From positions 9,486,001 to 9,550,000 of the forward strand of contig CM106585.1 in NCBI GenBank assembly GCA_048013815.1: 64,000 nt of DNA, written 5' to 3'. This document shows, piece by piece, positions 47,301 through 56,842 of the stretch; the first letter of the stretch is position 1; the number at the start of each line of letters is the position of its first letter. This stretch comes from Setoptus koraiensis. Its lineage: Eukaryota; Animalia; Arthropoda. The translations under genes and the position numbers were made by a program. Under the pieces are notes generated by a model. The model saw only the letters and a program-made list of their open reading frames with translations, did no database searches and was not told the origin of the DNA.

Positions 47301-49026
47301 CATTTTGTTTCAGCAACAAGGACATAGAACTTACAACAATTATCTTCGTGTGACGACCCTATTAAATCCAGGTTTTGCCATCACGGATGCTTTTAGAAAG
47401 CTATACGACTCCGCCACTGTGTACAAGGGCGAAGATCTCTCGAGCTACACTGGCTCAATAGAAAATGAAATAGCCAATGAGATTGCGAAACCGTTTCAAT
47501 TCATATTCGACAGACAAAACAAACTAATTGAACAATCAGAAAGTGATGATCCTGACGATTACATTCCCGCTGACAAGGATGTTCAGTTCAGAGGAAAACT
47601 GTTCAGCTATAATATTCAAAATGGACTCTGGATAAATGCTACCAGCTTGGTTTTGTACAATTTGTTTGCATTAACGCTGCTAGTAATGGATGAACATGGC
47701 TACAATCTGCTTGGCAATTGGCTGGGAAATATCAAGAAAGTTCTTCATTGCAATAGCAACTCAGTCAATCGCAAAAACCAAACAGTCTCACACTCCGCGA
47801 CAATCCCAATGCAAAGGTTATCTATTTCAGTGGACAACAGTGTACACGTAGAGAAGTTGAGGGCACACACTTTGATCTATCAACAAAATAAACATCAGGA
47901 TCGCTCGGCGGCCTTGGTGGTGTCAGAGTTAAGTAAATCTTTTAAGGAATTTGTAGCTGTTGATGGTCTCTCGATGGTACTCAATCAAAGCGAATGTTTC
48001 GGACTATTAGGCATCAATGGAGCAGGAAAAACAACCAGCTTCTCTATGATCTGTACCAAAGTGAGAAAAGACGGGGGTCAAATGGAATGTTTCACTTTTG
48101 ACTCAGTCGATCAATTGAAATTATATCGCAAGCAGATTGGCTATGATCCACAATCTAGCACAAGATTTTACGATCTCACCTGTTGGCAAACATTGTATCA
48201 TGTTGCGTTGTTGCGTGGAATGAAAGAGGAAAAAATTGAAGAGGCCATAGAGGCGCTGCTGACCTCGTTTGATATGAAGATACACACAAACAAACGTATG
48301 GATCAATTGTCTGGCGGTACCCAAAGAAAGCTCAGTTTGGCTATAGCAATGATTTGTACACCACCTGTTTTGATATTGGACGAACCAACTGCTGGCATTG
48401 ATCCTCTGTCGAGAAGATCCATTTGGCATTGTATCACCAAATGTAAAAAGTTACACAATTGCTCTATAGTAATATCATCGCATGCTATGGAGGAATGCGA
48501 AGCAATTTGTGATAGAATTGGTTTGATGGCTAGAGGGAAACTTCACTCAGTAGGTTCGTTCCAGCAACTGAGGAAGAAGTATAGCCAAGGCTATGTAATA
48601 CGTGTACAATTCACCAATCAAAACTACAATCTTGTTGTGGGTCCGCGCGAACATTTTGACTCGGTCTTGACGATCGGCGACCGGAACCAATCATATCTAG
48701 CAAGTAATCAATCAAGAAGGTCGTTAGGACAAGTTGACACAAAGAGATCACTCGATATCGCGGAGAGCAAGGCTGAGCTAACGAAATATCTTGAGTCAAT
48801 TACGAATGATATACAAATTGATTACACTAATGTAAACTCAATTGTATACAGGGTAAACGATCCCAATATAAATAGATCTACTCTATTCAATTGGATGGAG
48901 AGTGCCAAATCAAAATTAAAAGGCGTTAATTTTTCTTATCTTCTAAGTGATACAAGTTTGGAGGATGTATTTCTAACATTTGCCAAAGGTGTTGACGGAA
49001 AGTCCCATCAGTCGAGATTATCATGA
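44350..49026 (+). CDS. ABCA-subfamily full transporter, intronless, 1558 aa
   Basis: TMD-NBD-TMD-NBD layout. NBD1 has GHNGAGKT, LGYCPQ, LSGGMVRKL, LDEP. NBD2 has GINGAGKT, LSGGTQRKL, LDEPTAGIDP, SSHAMEECE. SLEDVF regulatory motif. Confidence 0.95.
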   Translation: MASDQCNSSKVANPDTNVFWSQYKILLWKLIVTAKRSYQKTLFSALSPLAVILCFRWTFYNPLEPPNTCYTMVVIPPFITLDIFTSFGYLLHISMIVSRLAGEHYHQQQTLLFVMGSKRSAYYLANISFDLVHTTLLALYMAVGLRYIILICSSLSLIVLTYLLHGIQSVAFSYFLSMFRCKRGDSPTQPSTLITLSILIWFISKTIRVAAEFELGVPSDDWVHVVSFINCMLPQTALFQINPAIVGNPDLSLAKVFRLTHRRSLPVGYIWLSMIFSSVFFIMGSWYSILSSGVGSNVHDCALRQCTTKIGRCLKKTFASICSFCSSTEPTLDPGRVESDGSSAERGVRDLLEIFHSGCLQEPEPIGQLEPGITIRGVTKYYDRTEPPVVDNLSLTVYKGQTTILLGHNGAGKTTLMKMIIGLLDFDEGSVTISGGHSIQSQRQLARLSLGYCPQMSITFDNMTVEEHLRLFCGIKGITESELIKTTCQSVLAGVKLSEKSDNLVSELSGGMVRKLSLAIALIGRKQQVLVLDEPSSGLDPESRESIWQIVQHYGQQRAILITTQHMEEADNLGDRIAIMSRGKIVCSGSGVFLKERFGSGYVVRLGLKDDIKKETREKILGFMREALASSSRYQQINNRDEELRQKLHTIVKQITLRDTGLVTTGDGLENSSLNDDTLDMILPIEALEKLENSELLAGIDYEGFFKQLEKNQVTLGIESFGITSSSMEDVFNNISSMANKLPANYNIDESRRARASQKSNRESLKKDLNFSMEHYRYKDSDRDRSSVNWKHIKATILRHLIILRNTWQSYLAMRFFYFVLVYMLVVVLTRVRVRPHPILRKKIVTYTIYTCVPFILPFMVSHYVQLSNKDKRQDGSKFIQHMMGLHPAIYWSVQYFYDSFSMILNGLILVVTIWFFDFTEPFFDIDFTSSINIWLSFAILVMLFSSGSALLSYSISGYFSTPSGAVMAMSIYHTLAFFLSCGAILFQQQGHRTYNNYLRVTTLLNPGFAITDAFRKLYDSATVYKGEDLSSYTGSIENEIANEIAKPFQFIFDRQNKLIEQSESDDPDDYIPADKDVQFRGKLFSYNIQNGLWINATSLVLYNLFALTLLVMDEHGYNLLGNWLGNIKKVLHCNSNSVNRKNQTVSHSATIPMQRLSISVDNSVHVEKLRAHTLIYQQNKHQDRSAALVVSELSKSFKEFVAVDGLSMVLNQSECFGLLGINGAGKTTSFSMICTKVRKDGGQMECFTFDSVDQLKLYRKQIGYDPQSSTRFYDLTCWQTLYHVALLRGMKEEKIEEAIEALLTSFDMKIHTNKRMDQLSGGTQRKLSLAIAMICTPPVLILDEPTAGIDPLSRRSIWHCITKCKKLHNCSIVISSHAMEECEAICDRIGLMARGKLHSVGSFQQLRKKYSQGYVIRVQFTNQNYNLVVGPREHFDSVLTIGDRNQSYLASNQSRRSLGQVDTKRSLDIAESKAELTKYLESITNDIQIDYTNVNSIVYRVNDPNINRSTLFNWMESAKSKLKGVNFSYLLSDTSLEDVFLTFAKGVDGKSHQSRLS

Positions 49027-49160
49027 TCATCAGATGCTATATTTTTATCTAGTTGTAATCATGACTAACAATTCAAATCGTTCTCGCACAATATATGGGA
49101 ATACGAAATTATCCTATTAATTAAAATGAAAGACTTGTTTGTTGAAGCGCTAACAAAAGC

Positions 49161-50130
49161 TCATTTGTGACTAATATCTGCCTCTTTTGGTGTCCACCCT
49201 ATAAAGTGTAAAATCTGAAAAGTAGCTGGTATGCCGTTGCTGATATTATCTTCATCACCAAATCTTTGCTGATAAATTGCTGCAGCGGATAGAAGAGAGT
49301 CTCTGTTTAAGTGAATACAGTTATTTACAATGGCACCATTCTCGCCCATCCCTTGTAGATCAAATAACAATTCAAAAATGGAGGGGTAGCAGATGACGAG
49401 TTCGTCCACGTCGGCCGTGATCAGTTTGAAATTGCTGGAACCAAGTAACCCAACTAGATCTCGACCAGTTGTCATGGGAGATACGTGCGGTGAAAATCCC
49501 GACAATCTTTCTTGCTCGGCCATTTGTAGCGATGATCTCAGTTCGAAAAGTGTATCGCCGCCAAAGATGGCCCCTATGAATGCAGAGTCAGGCTTGAGGC
49601 ATTTGTTGACCTAAAGAACAAGATGAAGGTGTTAGCCCGAGCGTTTCATGGCGTTTCAGTTAATGCATTTGTCGAGGAAATCTTCTTGAACTACTTACTT
49701 TCTTGAAACAGGACGGAAGATCATTGACCCAATGTAAGGACAGATTACTAACAGCAAGGTCAAATTGTTTTTCTGCCAGGTCCACAGTTTCTTCATCGCC
49801 CTGAACATAGCTTATTGGAAATCCCTTAGCTAGCACGGAATTAGAGAGCTTGGATCGTTTGAGAAAATTAGACGAGGAATCATATTCCAGTAAAGACTCG
49901 ACTCGACTTGCATCAAGGTGCTTCGCCACCAAGCCACATGATGATCCCAAATCCAGAATGGACCATTTTTTACCATTGTTTTTCAGGTCTTTCACGCGAT
50001 CGCACACATCTCTAGCCACGTGGTCCCTGACATAATCATATATGTGAGCATCCTTGGCAAGGGCTATCCTATCTCGTTGCAAAAGCTTAACGTTTCTGTT
50101 GAACACCTTGAGAGGCTGTGCTATTTTCAT
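49161..50130 (-). CDS. NDUFAF5: Arginine-hydroxylase NDUFAF5 (SAM-dependent methyltransferase fold); intron 49611-49698
   Basis: VFNRNVKLLQRDR, LDLGSS, FDLAVSNLSLHWVNDLP, GFSPHVSP, LQGMGE, PATFQILHFIGW. The 5-prime end (presequence) is uncertain; the frame is open to 50286. Confidence 0.92.
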
Positions 50131-50546
50131 CTCGTAGTTAGGGGTACATCCATTGTTATAAATCAAATAAATATTGTTACGATTAAGAATTAATAAACAA
50201 ACAAGTGATAGCGAATACGGATTGTAAATTGCATTTGTATCACAAGAACGAACAATAACAATTGAGGCTTTGCGCAGTAACGTCAACGTTGTTAACTGCG
50301 ATCATGTGGTGCACCAATAGCACATGAGGTTACTGCATCTGTATTAGTGCTTCTAAAGAAAAGAATATTACAGATATTACTCAAGGTATTTATCTAGGGC
50401 TCATAGAATTTACTCTATCGTACACTGTCTCACACATGACAATTCACCTCTAAAAATGTGACCTTATGACGACCTATCGGTTTTTGTATTTTTCAATTAA
50501 TACAATTAACAAGGACTAGAATAAGTCGAGAAAAAACACCGGAGAA

Positions 50547-52199
50547 ATGCCTCTATTGGGCTCATCCATCTATCAGCTCCTATTAGCTTTTGTATCTGCT
50601 AGCATTTTGCACAAGTTAACCTATGATTACGCATTTTTGAAATGGCTCTCGTCCCGCAAGTAAGTATTCCTGATCGCAACACTAACCACAATATTAGCCA
50701 ATCAAAGTAAAGATATAAATTATTAATTATCTTTCCACATAAAATCTATATAAACATCCAGACTGGTCTGCTATCTCAGCCCATCAGACAGCGAACTCAA
50801 GAGTCTACAATCAAAAGTTCCCAAGGCAGACCACAACAACTGGAGCGGTAGTAAAAAGCGCCATAAGAAACACAACAAGGAACCCGACACGAAAGTGTTC
50901 TCTGTCAAAACTAGCGATCTCGATAAACTCAAACTTCAAACGACATCAATCAAATCAAAAGATTTGGAATTGTTGCCATGCTCCTTGGAGCTGGAATGGA
51001 TAGTCGATTTAGCTGTAATGTCTATATTCAGCTATGTACTTACTGAGATACAGTTTTATTATTATCCGCCGTCAACCAATCAGTACAACTTTAGCCTCTT
51101 TTGGGCAGCATTAGTCATCATATGTAGCATCAGAACTTTAAGCAAATTTACGTGGCTCTATTTCAGAATGCAGGAGCTAATAGGCGAGAGGTCCGTATGT
51201 ATCATATCAGCTTGCTTATTTTTACTCATATCGATGGTGCTGTTGATAGTAGATGAAAGCAAATTAGAATTTGGAATTGAGACTGCTTACAGGTCATTCA
51301 ACTCGTCGGCCTCACGATACGTCATGAATCATGAATACTTGTCGAAACCGGTCTCATTAATCATGATTAAGTTTACTCTGGCATTGTGTTGTACAATTCT
51401 GGGAGCATTGTTTACATTTCCCGGACTACGTTTTGGTCAGATGCAAGGAGGTCTTATAGAGTCGCACGAGAGAACACCGGTGACTCTATTTGTGTATCAT
51501 GCTAACTATCTCAACTCCCTTATCATTTTGATGCTCTGGATAAAACCATTGACCCGAGACCTTCTGACCAATCCCAATCGAGCATCATATATACTAAGCG
51601 ACGAAAACTTTGACACTTTCAGAATATACTATATGATATTCGCGTGCTTATTTAGGTTCTTTTTATTACCCAGTTATTTGAATACTTATCTGAAGTTGGT
51701 GGAATCGAAAATAACAACAATGAAGCGATCAAAAGACACCATGCCAAACACTTCGATTCAAGAGATGATAGCACAGATTTACTCATACATCAATATCGTT
51801 GCCATCCAATATACACTTCCTGTTTTCATGTGCCTGTTCTCTGCTATCATGTTTAAAAATTTGGGAGGTTATTCATGGTTTTTCCAACAATCTCATCGGA
51901 CGAATCACACTTTAGTGGCCAATAATTTTAGCGTGACTTACGACAGAGGCTCTCTGAATCATGGTGGTGACAGTCTCGTAGGGCCAGGGGGCAGTGATCC
52001 TGAGACTCTAACATTAAGTGAGGGTAGCAGTTTTTTCGGCCACGACCTAGCAGTCGATTTCAATGATTTTAAGAGCATATTTTCGCCCGAAGTATTTCGT
52101 GGACTGTTGGGCTTTTGTAATTGGTGGTTACATTTTGTTTGGTTTTGTACCAGCTCGATAGGTCTAGTGTATCACACAAAATTTTCTGCTAGTGCATAA
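50547..52199 (+). CDS. TMEM161: Transmembrane protein 161 family; intron 50660-50761
   Basis: Exon 1 MPLLGSSIYQLLLAFVSASILHKL splices to KLVCYLSPSDSELK; LEWIVDLAV, GERSVCI, FTFPGLRFGQM, AIQY, WWLHFVWFCTS. Confidence 0.9.
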
Positions 52200-52298
52200 G
52201 TTTAGGTACCAATATTTGTAATAAAAGAAATAAAATGAGACAGCCGTTTTGTCCGTCAGAAACCGTTATCTATCGTTAATCTATTATCTGAGTTCTGG

Positions 52299-52343
52299 CC
52301 TTCAGAGTCTGAACTTCAGACTCTGAACTTCAGAGTCTGAAGG
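52299..52343. repeat. Three tandem 14-bp quasi-palindromic units (CTTCAGA[G/C]TCTGAA)
   Basis: Units at 52300-52313, 52314-52327 and 52328-52341, read directly. Confidence 0.95.
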
Positions 52344-52728
52344 GAATATGGCCGGAACACGACCAAACAAACATGGAGGATCTGAAACATTGACACGCCT
52401 ATTTATCGACCCGCTTTTTCATCGTTCGTTGTCGGTAGGTTGTGAGTTATCAGTGCCAGCTAATCAGCCAAATTCCGGCCGCAACTCATTCCGCCTCGCT
52501 ACCCCACCTGCCCACTCTTATAAGCGGTTTATCGACGGGCCGAGGCGTCCCCCAAAGCCGTCGGTCGGAGCCCATTTTTACAAATATCTGGGCACCGATG
52601 CATAACTCATTCTACGTGACTATTACTCATTGGGTAGGACCGTCGATGTTTATTCGTGGTCGATATTAATTTGTCGTCGACGTTCATTTGCCGTCGATGT
52701 TTGTTCGCCCCGCGATGTACGGTTGCGA

Positions 52729-52796
52729 CGATGTTTCGGGGTAGTCGATGATTCGGGGCAGTCGATGTCTCGGGGCAATCGATGTCTCGGGAGTCG
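52729..52796. repeat. Four tandem 17-bp units (consensus CGATGTYTCGGGGCAGT)
   Basis: Units start at 52729, 52746, 52763 and 52780, with additional GTCGATGTTT copies upstream. Confidence 0.9.
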
Positions 52797-53310
52797 GGCC
52801 GTGTCGGGACGCCAGACGGCCGCCAGACACAGTCCCGTCTGAACCGTGTCTGGCGCTTGTCTGGCGCTTGCCTGGAGTGTGTGATAGCAATCTTTTGTGT
52901 TGTCTGCAAAACTGCATTTTACGCAGCCACCGATTCACTGGCTCTATAGATGGAATGACGAAAGTGCCACCCCGCCCCCTCCCCCCCCTCTTTTTGTGTT
53001 TGAATCTCGCTTCGCTTTCGTGTTTCCGGACAAACAAATGGGAAAATTTCGGGTATGGAGTTACAAAAGCTTTTATAGGTAAATTTTAAACCGAGATGCG
53101 GCAAGAAAGATGCGTGGTGCTGGATATTTGAATTGATAACGGACAGGCAAACGGTGCACAACGACGCTCAAGGCGGTAGACGAGCAGCGTCCATCCGGGC
53201 AGAATTGTCCGCAAGTTCCCGCTAACGGTTGCAGTGAATATTTTGTCGAGAGACATTGGCAGACAAAGAAATCCAATAAAATAAAATCACATCACATCGC
53301 ATCGCATTAG

Positions 53311-53318
53311 TATAAAAA
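53311..53318 (+). promoter_or_regulatory. Candidate TATA box of the F-box/LRR-helicase gene
   Basis: TATAAAAA 127 nt upstream of ATG 53438. This is a motif match only. Confidence 0.4.
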
Positions 53319-53437
53319 GCACAGCTCCATTGGTCGCTAGTTTTTATTGTCTAATACATATAAAAATAAATTTTTATATTCACACAATACAATTAGTGGC
53401 TATTAGTTAGGAAAAAAACGAACAGAATTGAAGAAAA

Positions 53438-55585
53438 ATGAACCAACAGAATCGAAGAAAAATGAACGACAGCAATTTGCAGGAACGTCGCTACAACATA
53501 GAACTGCCAGTAGACATTTGGCTCTGTATCATCGACAGAGTGAAAGATATAACACCGGGAGATTTGATACGACTGGCGCAAGTTTCCAGGGCCACCTATT
53601 GGGCAGTTCGAGAGCATTGTCGACGCTTAAATGTTCTCTCGTTTGCTAAATACAGCCCAAGGTCACTGGTTCTCGAAGATATTGAGTCAGTGTTCGAGAA
53701 ATGTCCGAACCTAACTCACTTAAACTTGAGCGGAATCAAACGATTTGGATTCGAAATGCATCGCGTTATCACAGACCGCTGCAAGAATGTCGTTAGCCTA
53801 GATTTATCTGGAATATCGTTCGTCAGACAAGAGCTCACTTTTTTGGTATCAAAATGCGACAAAGTCACCTCATTGGTATTGGACGATATTATTGTGGAGA
53901 ACAAGTATGAAATAATTGATGTGATTAAGATGTGTAGGACAAGGTTGCGTCACCTCAGTTTGCACAATGTAGATTCTTATTTAAGACCGGACGAAAATTT
54001 TGAAAAAAGTGAAAAATATGTCTTGGAATCCCTCATCATTGGCAATTACTACAACATTTGCCAAAAGTTTTGTCGACAATTTGTCGTATGTTGCCCAGAT
54101 ATTGAATCTTTGTCAGTTAAAACCGAAATGAGTATAAGTTTACGCTTCGACCAATTGGAAACGTGTTCCATACTTGCTGCCAATTGTCCAAAACTTTTAC
54201 AGCCCCGAGATACACCTGCCAGTTTACACTCGAGAATATTTTCTGACTACAACTATACACAATCAACGCTTTCAAACGAAGAGCCCAAACATATACTAAA
54301 GATATGTCAATTAGGCGAAATTGGCAGTCACTATTCTGTAACCGCAAACTACTACCAGCAAAGAGTAAAAGTTTTTTACAGGCGGGAAATGGAAGGTTTA
54401 TATGCAAAAGTGAGGTATCGATCTCTAAATCAATCACTTTGCCGCAATTTGCGACCTGGAGACGCGGTTAAATTATCTGCTTCAAGTACTTCGTGTTTCT
54501 ATCTCAATGGTATCATCATTGGTAAGAAAGATTTTGACAATAATGAAGATTACGATGGATCTTATGTGTATATTGTGTCAGCTTACATCGACAAAATCGA
54601 TGCTAGCATGTTTTCTGAAGATGAAATGAGAATATGTTATCTAGACTTCACTTTAGTAACTCATGAGGAAATCATGGAGTCTTCGTTCTGCAGTGTCTTG
54701 TTCAATGAGAGATTGAGAAGAAATGCTCTGACATTTTTACTAATGGATAATTTATTGTCCGATACAATACTTACCAAACACAATATTTCGCCCACGATTG
54801 CCAGGAGAAATGTATTGAAATACAACAAGAACTATAACCGCAATGATCTCATCAACATTAACAACCTACACATAAGCCAGCAAGATGCCATTATTCATGC
54901 ATTAACCCACAGAATAACGATAATCGAACATCCTGGTGGCGATTGTAAATTGTCAACTGTTGCATCACTCGTTAACAATCTATTTCGCACTAGAAGCTAT
55001 GAAAAAGATAAGGTATTGATCTGTTCGCTGGATCCGGCTAGTATAGCTGACGAAATCTATGGAAAGAATGAGTTGAGAGTGGTCACTTATCGTTCTCAGT
55101 ACAAAATAGACGAAAACGATCTGAAATCTCATTATGCAGAATGCATCCTGCTAAAGTTACCTGTGTTATTTCCGGCATTTAATACAAATTTACCGACACC
55201 TTTACAACTTTCAAAGCTCAACAGCGAACAGAGAAGACGTTGGCATGAATATATAATGTCTTGCATTGGAAAAATTATCGAGGCTTCGGATGTCATTTGT
55301 AGCTCAGTGGGAAATGCTGTCGAATTGCTGACGAGGTTCGAGCAGACTAGAATCGATTCGCTCATAATTGACCACAGTGACTATGTGATGGTATCAGAGA
55401 TGATACGACTTTTGAGATACCCACCGAAAAGAATTATATTATTGCACTCAGAGGGTTGTGATATATTAGGACTAGAAAAAATTGATGGACAAGAATCTAT
55501 ATACGTTAAACTAATTAGTATGGGTTTCGTGCCAAAATTGATCTCATTAAATGATTTATTAATTAGTCTAAAGTATAATCAGTGA
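53438..55585 (+). CDS. F-box plus LRR protein fused to a degenerate UPF1-like (SF1B) helicase domain, intronless, 715 aa
   Basis: F-box ELPVDIWLCII..DLIRLAQVSR. AMN1-type LRRs (CPNLTHLNLSG, CKNVVSLDLSG, CDKVTSLVLD). The C-terminal half follows the UPF1 motif order: LHISQQDAI..ITIIEHPGGDCKLS..KVLICS..SDVICSSV..LIIDHS..KRIILL. Confidence 0.72.
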   Translation: MNQQNRRKMNDSNLQERRYNIELPVDIWLCIIDRVKDITPGDLIRLAQVSRATYWAVREHCRRLNVLSFAKYSPRSLVLEDIESVFEKCPNLTHLNLSGIKRFGFEMHRVITDRCKNVVSLDLSGISFVRQELTFLVSKCDKVTSLVLDDIIVENKYEIIDVIKMCRTRLRHLSLHNVDSYLRPDENFEKSEKYVLESLIIGNYYNICQKFCRQFVVCCPDIESLSVKTEMSISLRFDQLETCSILAANCPKLLQPRDTPASLHSRIFSDYNYTQSTLSNEEPKHILKICQLGEIGSHYSVTANYYQQRVKVFYRREMEGLYAKVRYRSLNQSLCRNLRPGDAVKLSASSTSCFYLNGIIIGKKDFDNNEDYDGSYVYIVSAYIDKIDASMFSEDEMRICYLDFTLVTHEEIMESSFCSVLFNERLRRNALTFLLMDNLLSDTILTKHNISPTIARRNVLKYNKNYNRNDLININNLHISQQDAIIHALTHRITIIEHPGGDCKLSTVASLVNNLFRTRSYEKDKVLICSLDPASIADEIYGKNELRVVTYRSQYKIDENDLKSHYAECILLKLPVLFPAFNTNLPTPLQLSKLNSEQRRRWHEYIMSCIGKIIEASDVICSSVGNAVELLTRFEQTRIDSLIIDHSDYVMVSEMIRLLRYPPKRIILLHSEGCDILGLEKIDGQESIYVKLISMGFVPKLISLNDLLISLKYNQ

Positions 55586-55744
55586 TAGTACGTAATATCA
55601 ACAACTACTAGTTGATCCGCCAACTCAGGACTATGGAGATAAAACATGTTGATAAAGCACAGCTGTACACTGATTGTATAAACACTCAAGCATCACACCA
55701 TATGAATTGAATTCGACGAGGCACTTTTGTATCTATTTTTTATC

Positions 55745-56665
55745 ATGCAGACAGACACTAGGAAATCAAAATGGATCCATCTATTATTTCGTGGTGATAA
55801 AGATGATTTTATAGGACTAAATTCTCCAGAAGATGATTATACAAGAGAATTCATCTCAATCAATCATTTGTCTTTGACAATACCGTTGTTGGAATTCAAA
55901 TATATAAATCTATTGGAGTTGTACCAACTACTGGCGAAGCAAATAAGTGACAAATCATACAAATATGGACTTATATTGACTTCACCTAGAGTTGTTGAGG
56001 CTGTCAATCAGTCGTTAAATAAATTTAGTCATCTTGGGACAAGAGAAAAAATTGTTGCCGCATGGAAAACCAATGAGTCTCAGCATATATATTCTGTGGG
56101 AGAGAAAACAAGTCAAACAGCTGAAAGGGTTCTCGGAATCAAAGTCAGTAATGGATCCTCTGCAACTGGTCGCGGTTCAGAGTTAGCCAAATTTATAATC
56201 GAGGCTGTATCACCTGAGGAGTGTGATAATCTCGTTCTCATACAACCGCACGGAGATTTAGCTGACGGCACTCTCTCTCAATCTATCAAGACCCACGGAA
56301 TAAAAGTAAATTCGTTGGTTGTTTATAACAATGAACCAATACCTGAGATCCAAGATTACTTGAAGAAAGTTTTGTCGGAATTTTTGTTATCCCTTGACAA
56401 ACAATCAACCTCAATAGTACCCCTTGGTATCAACTTGATATTTTTTAGTCCATCGGGAGTGAAGTTGCTATTTCCGCATGTCAATTGGATCTTGGGGGAG
56501 CTAGAATCTTTCTTCAAAAGTGATCTTAACGTAGTGAACTCATGTATCGGACCAACGACCAGGAAGGCAATGTTAGACATAGGAATGGAAGTGTTTTGTA
56601 CATCTAGCAAGCCAAATGCTCAAACACTGATTGCTGAGATATTGAATGGTATATCATCAGCATGA
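55745..56665 (+). CDS. UROS: Uroporphyrinogen-III synthase (HemD/HEM4)
   Basis: GLILTSPRVVEA, YSVGEKT, SLVVY, IFFSPSGVK, CIGPTT, SKPNAQ. Confidence 0.9.
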   Translation: MQTDTRKSKWIHLLFRGDKDDFIGLNSPEDDYTREFISINHLSLTIPLLEFKYINLLELYQLLAKQISDKSYKYGLILTSPRVVEAVNQSLNKFSHLGTREKIVAAWKTNESQHIYSVGEKTSQTAERVLGIKVSNGSSATGRGSELAKFIIEAVSPEECDNLVLIQPHGDLADGTLSQSIKTHGIKVNSLVVYNNEPIPEIQDYLKKVLSEFLLSLDKQSTSIVPLGINLIFFSPSGVKLLFPHVNWILGELESFFKSDLNVVNSCIGPTTRKAMLDIGMEVFCTSSKPNAQTLIAEILNGISSA

Positions 56666-56842
56666 CTCTTGGTTTTATATTCTTCGTATTTAACACCACT
56701 ATTTGAAATAAACCTGACGTTTGTACTGTAGTAATTTCGTCGTTTTTCATCTTTTAGAGTTGGTAGAATATATAGAGAGTCTAGTATAAGTACTGGTATA
56801 TATGTCATTCACTTCTACAGTATCTAGTACAGTGAAAGATTT

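Noticed and set aside
52729-52796. Short regularly spaced repeats (CRISPR-like)
   Set aside because: The units are directly tandem with no unique spacers, there are no cas genes, and the context is eukaryotic.
55745-56665. Horizontal transfer of UROS
   Set aside because: Intronless state is the norm here and the motifs fit the eukaryotic enzyme; nothing in the sequence indicates bacterial origin.
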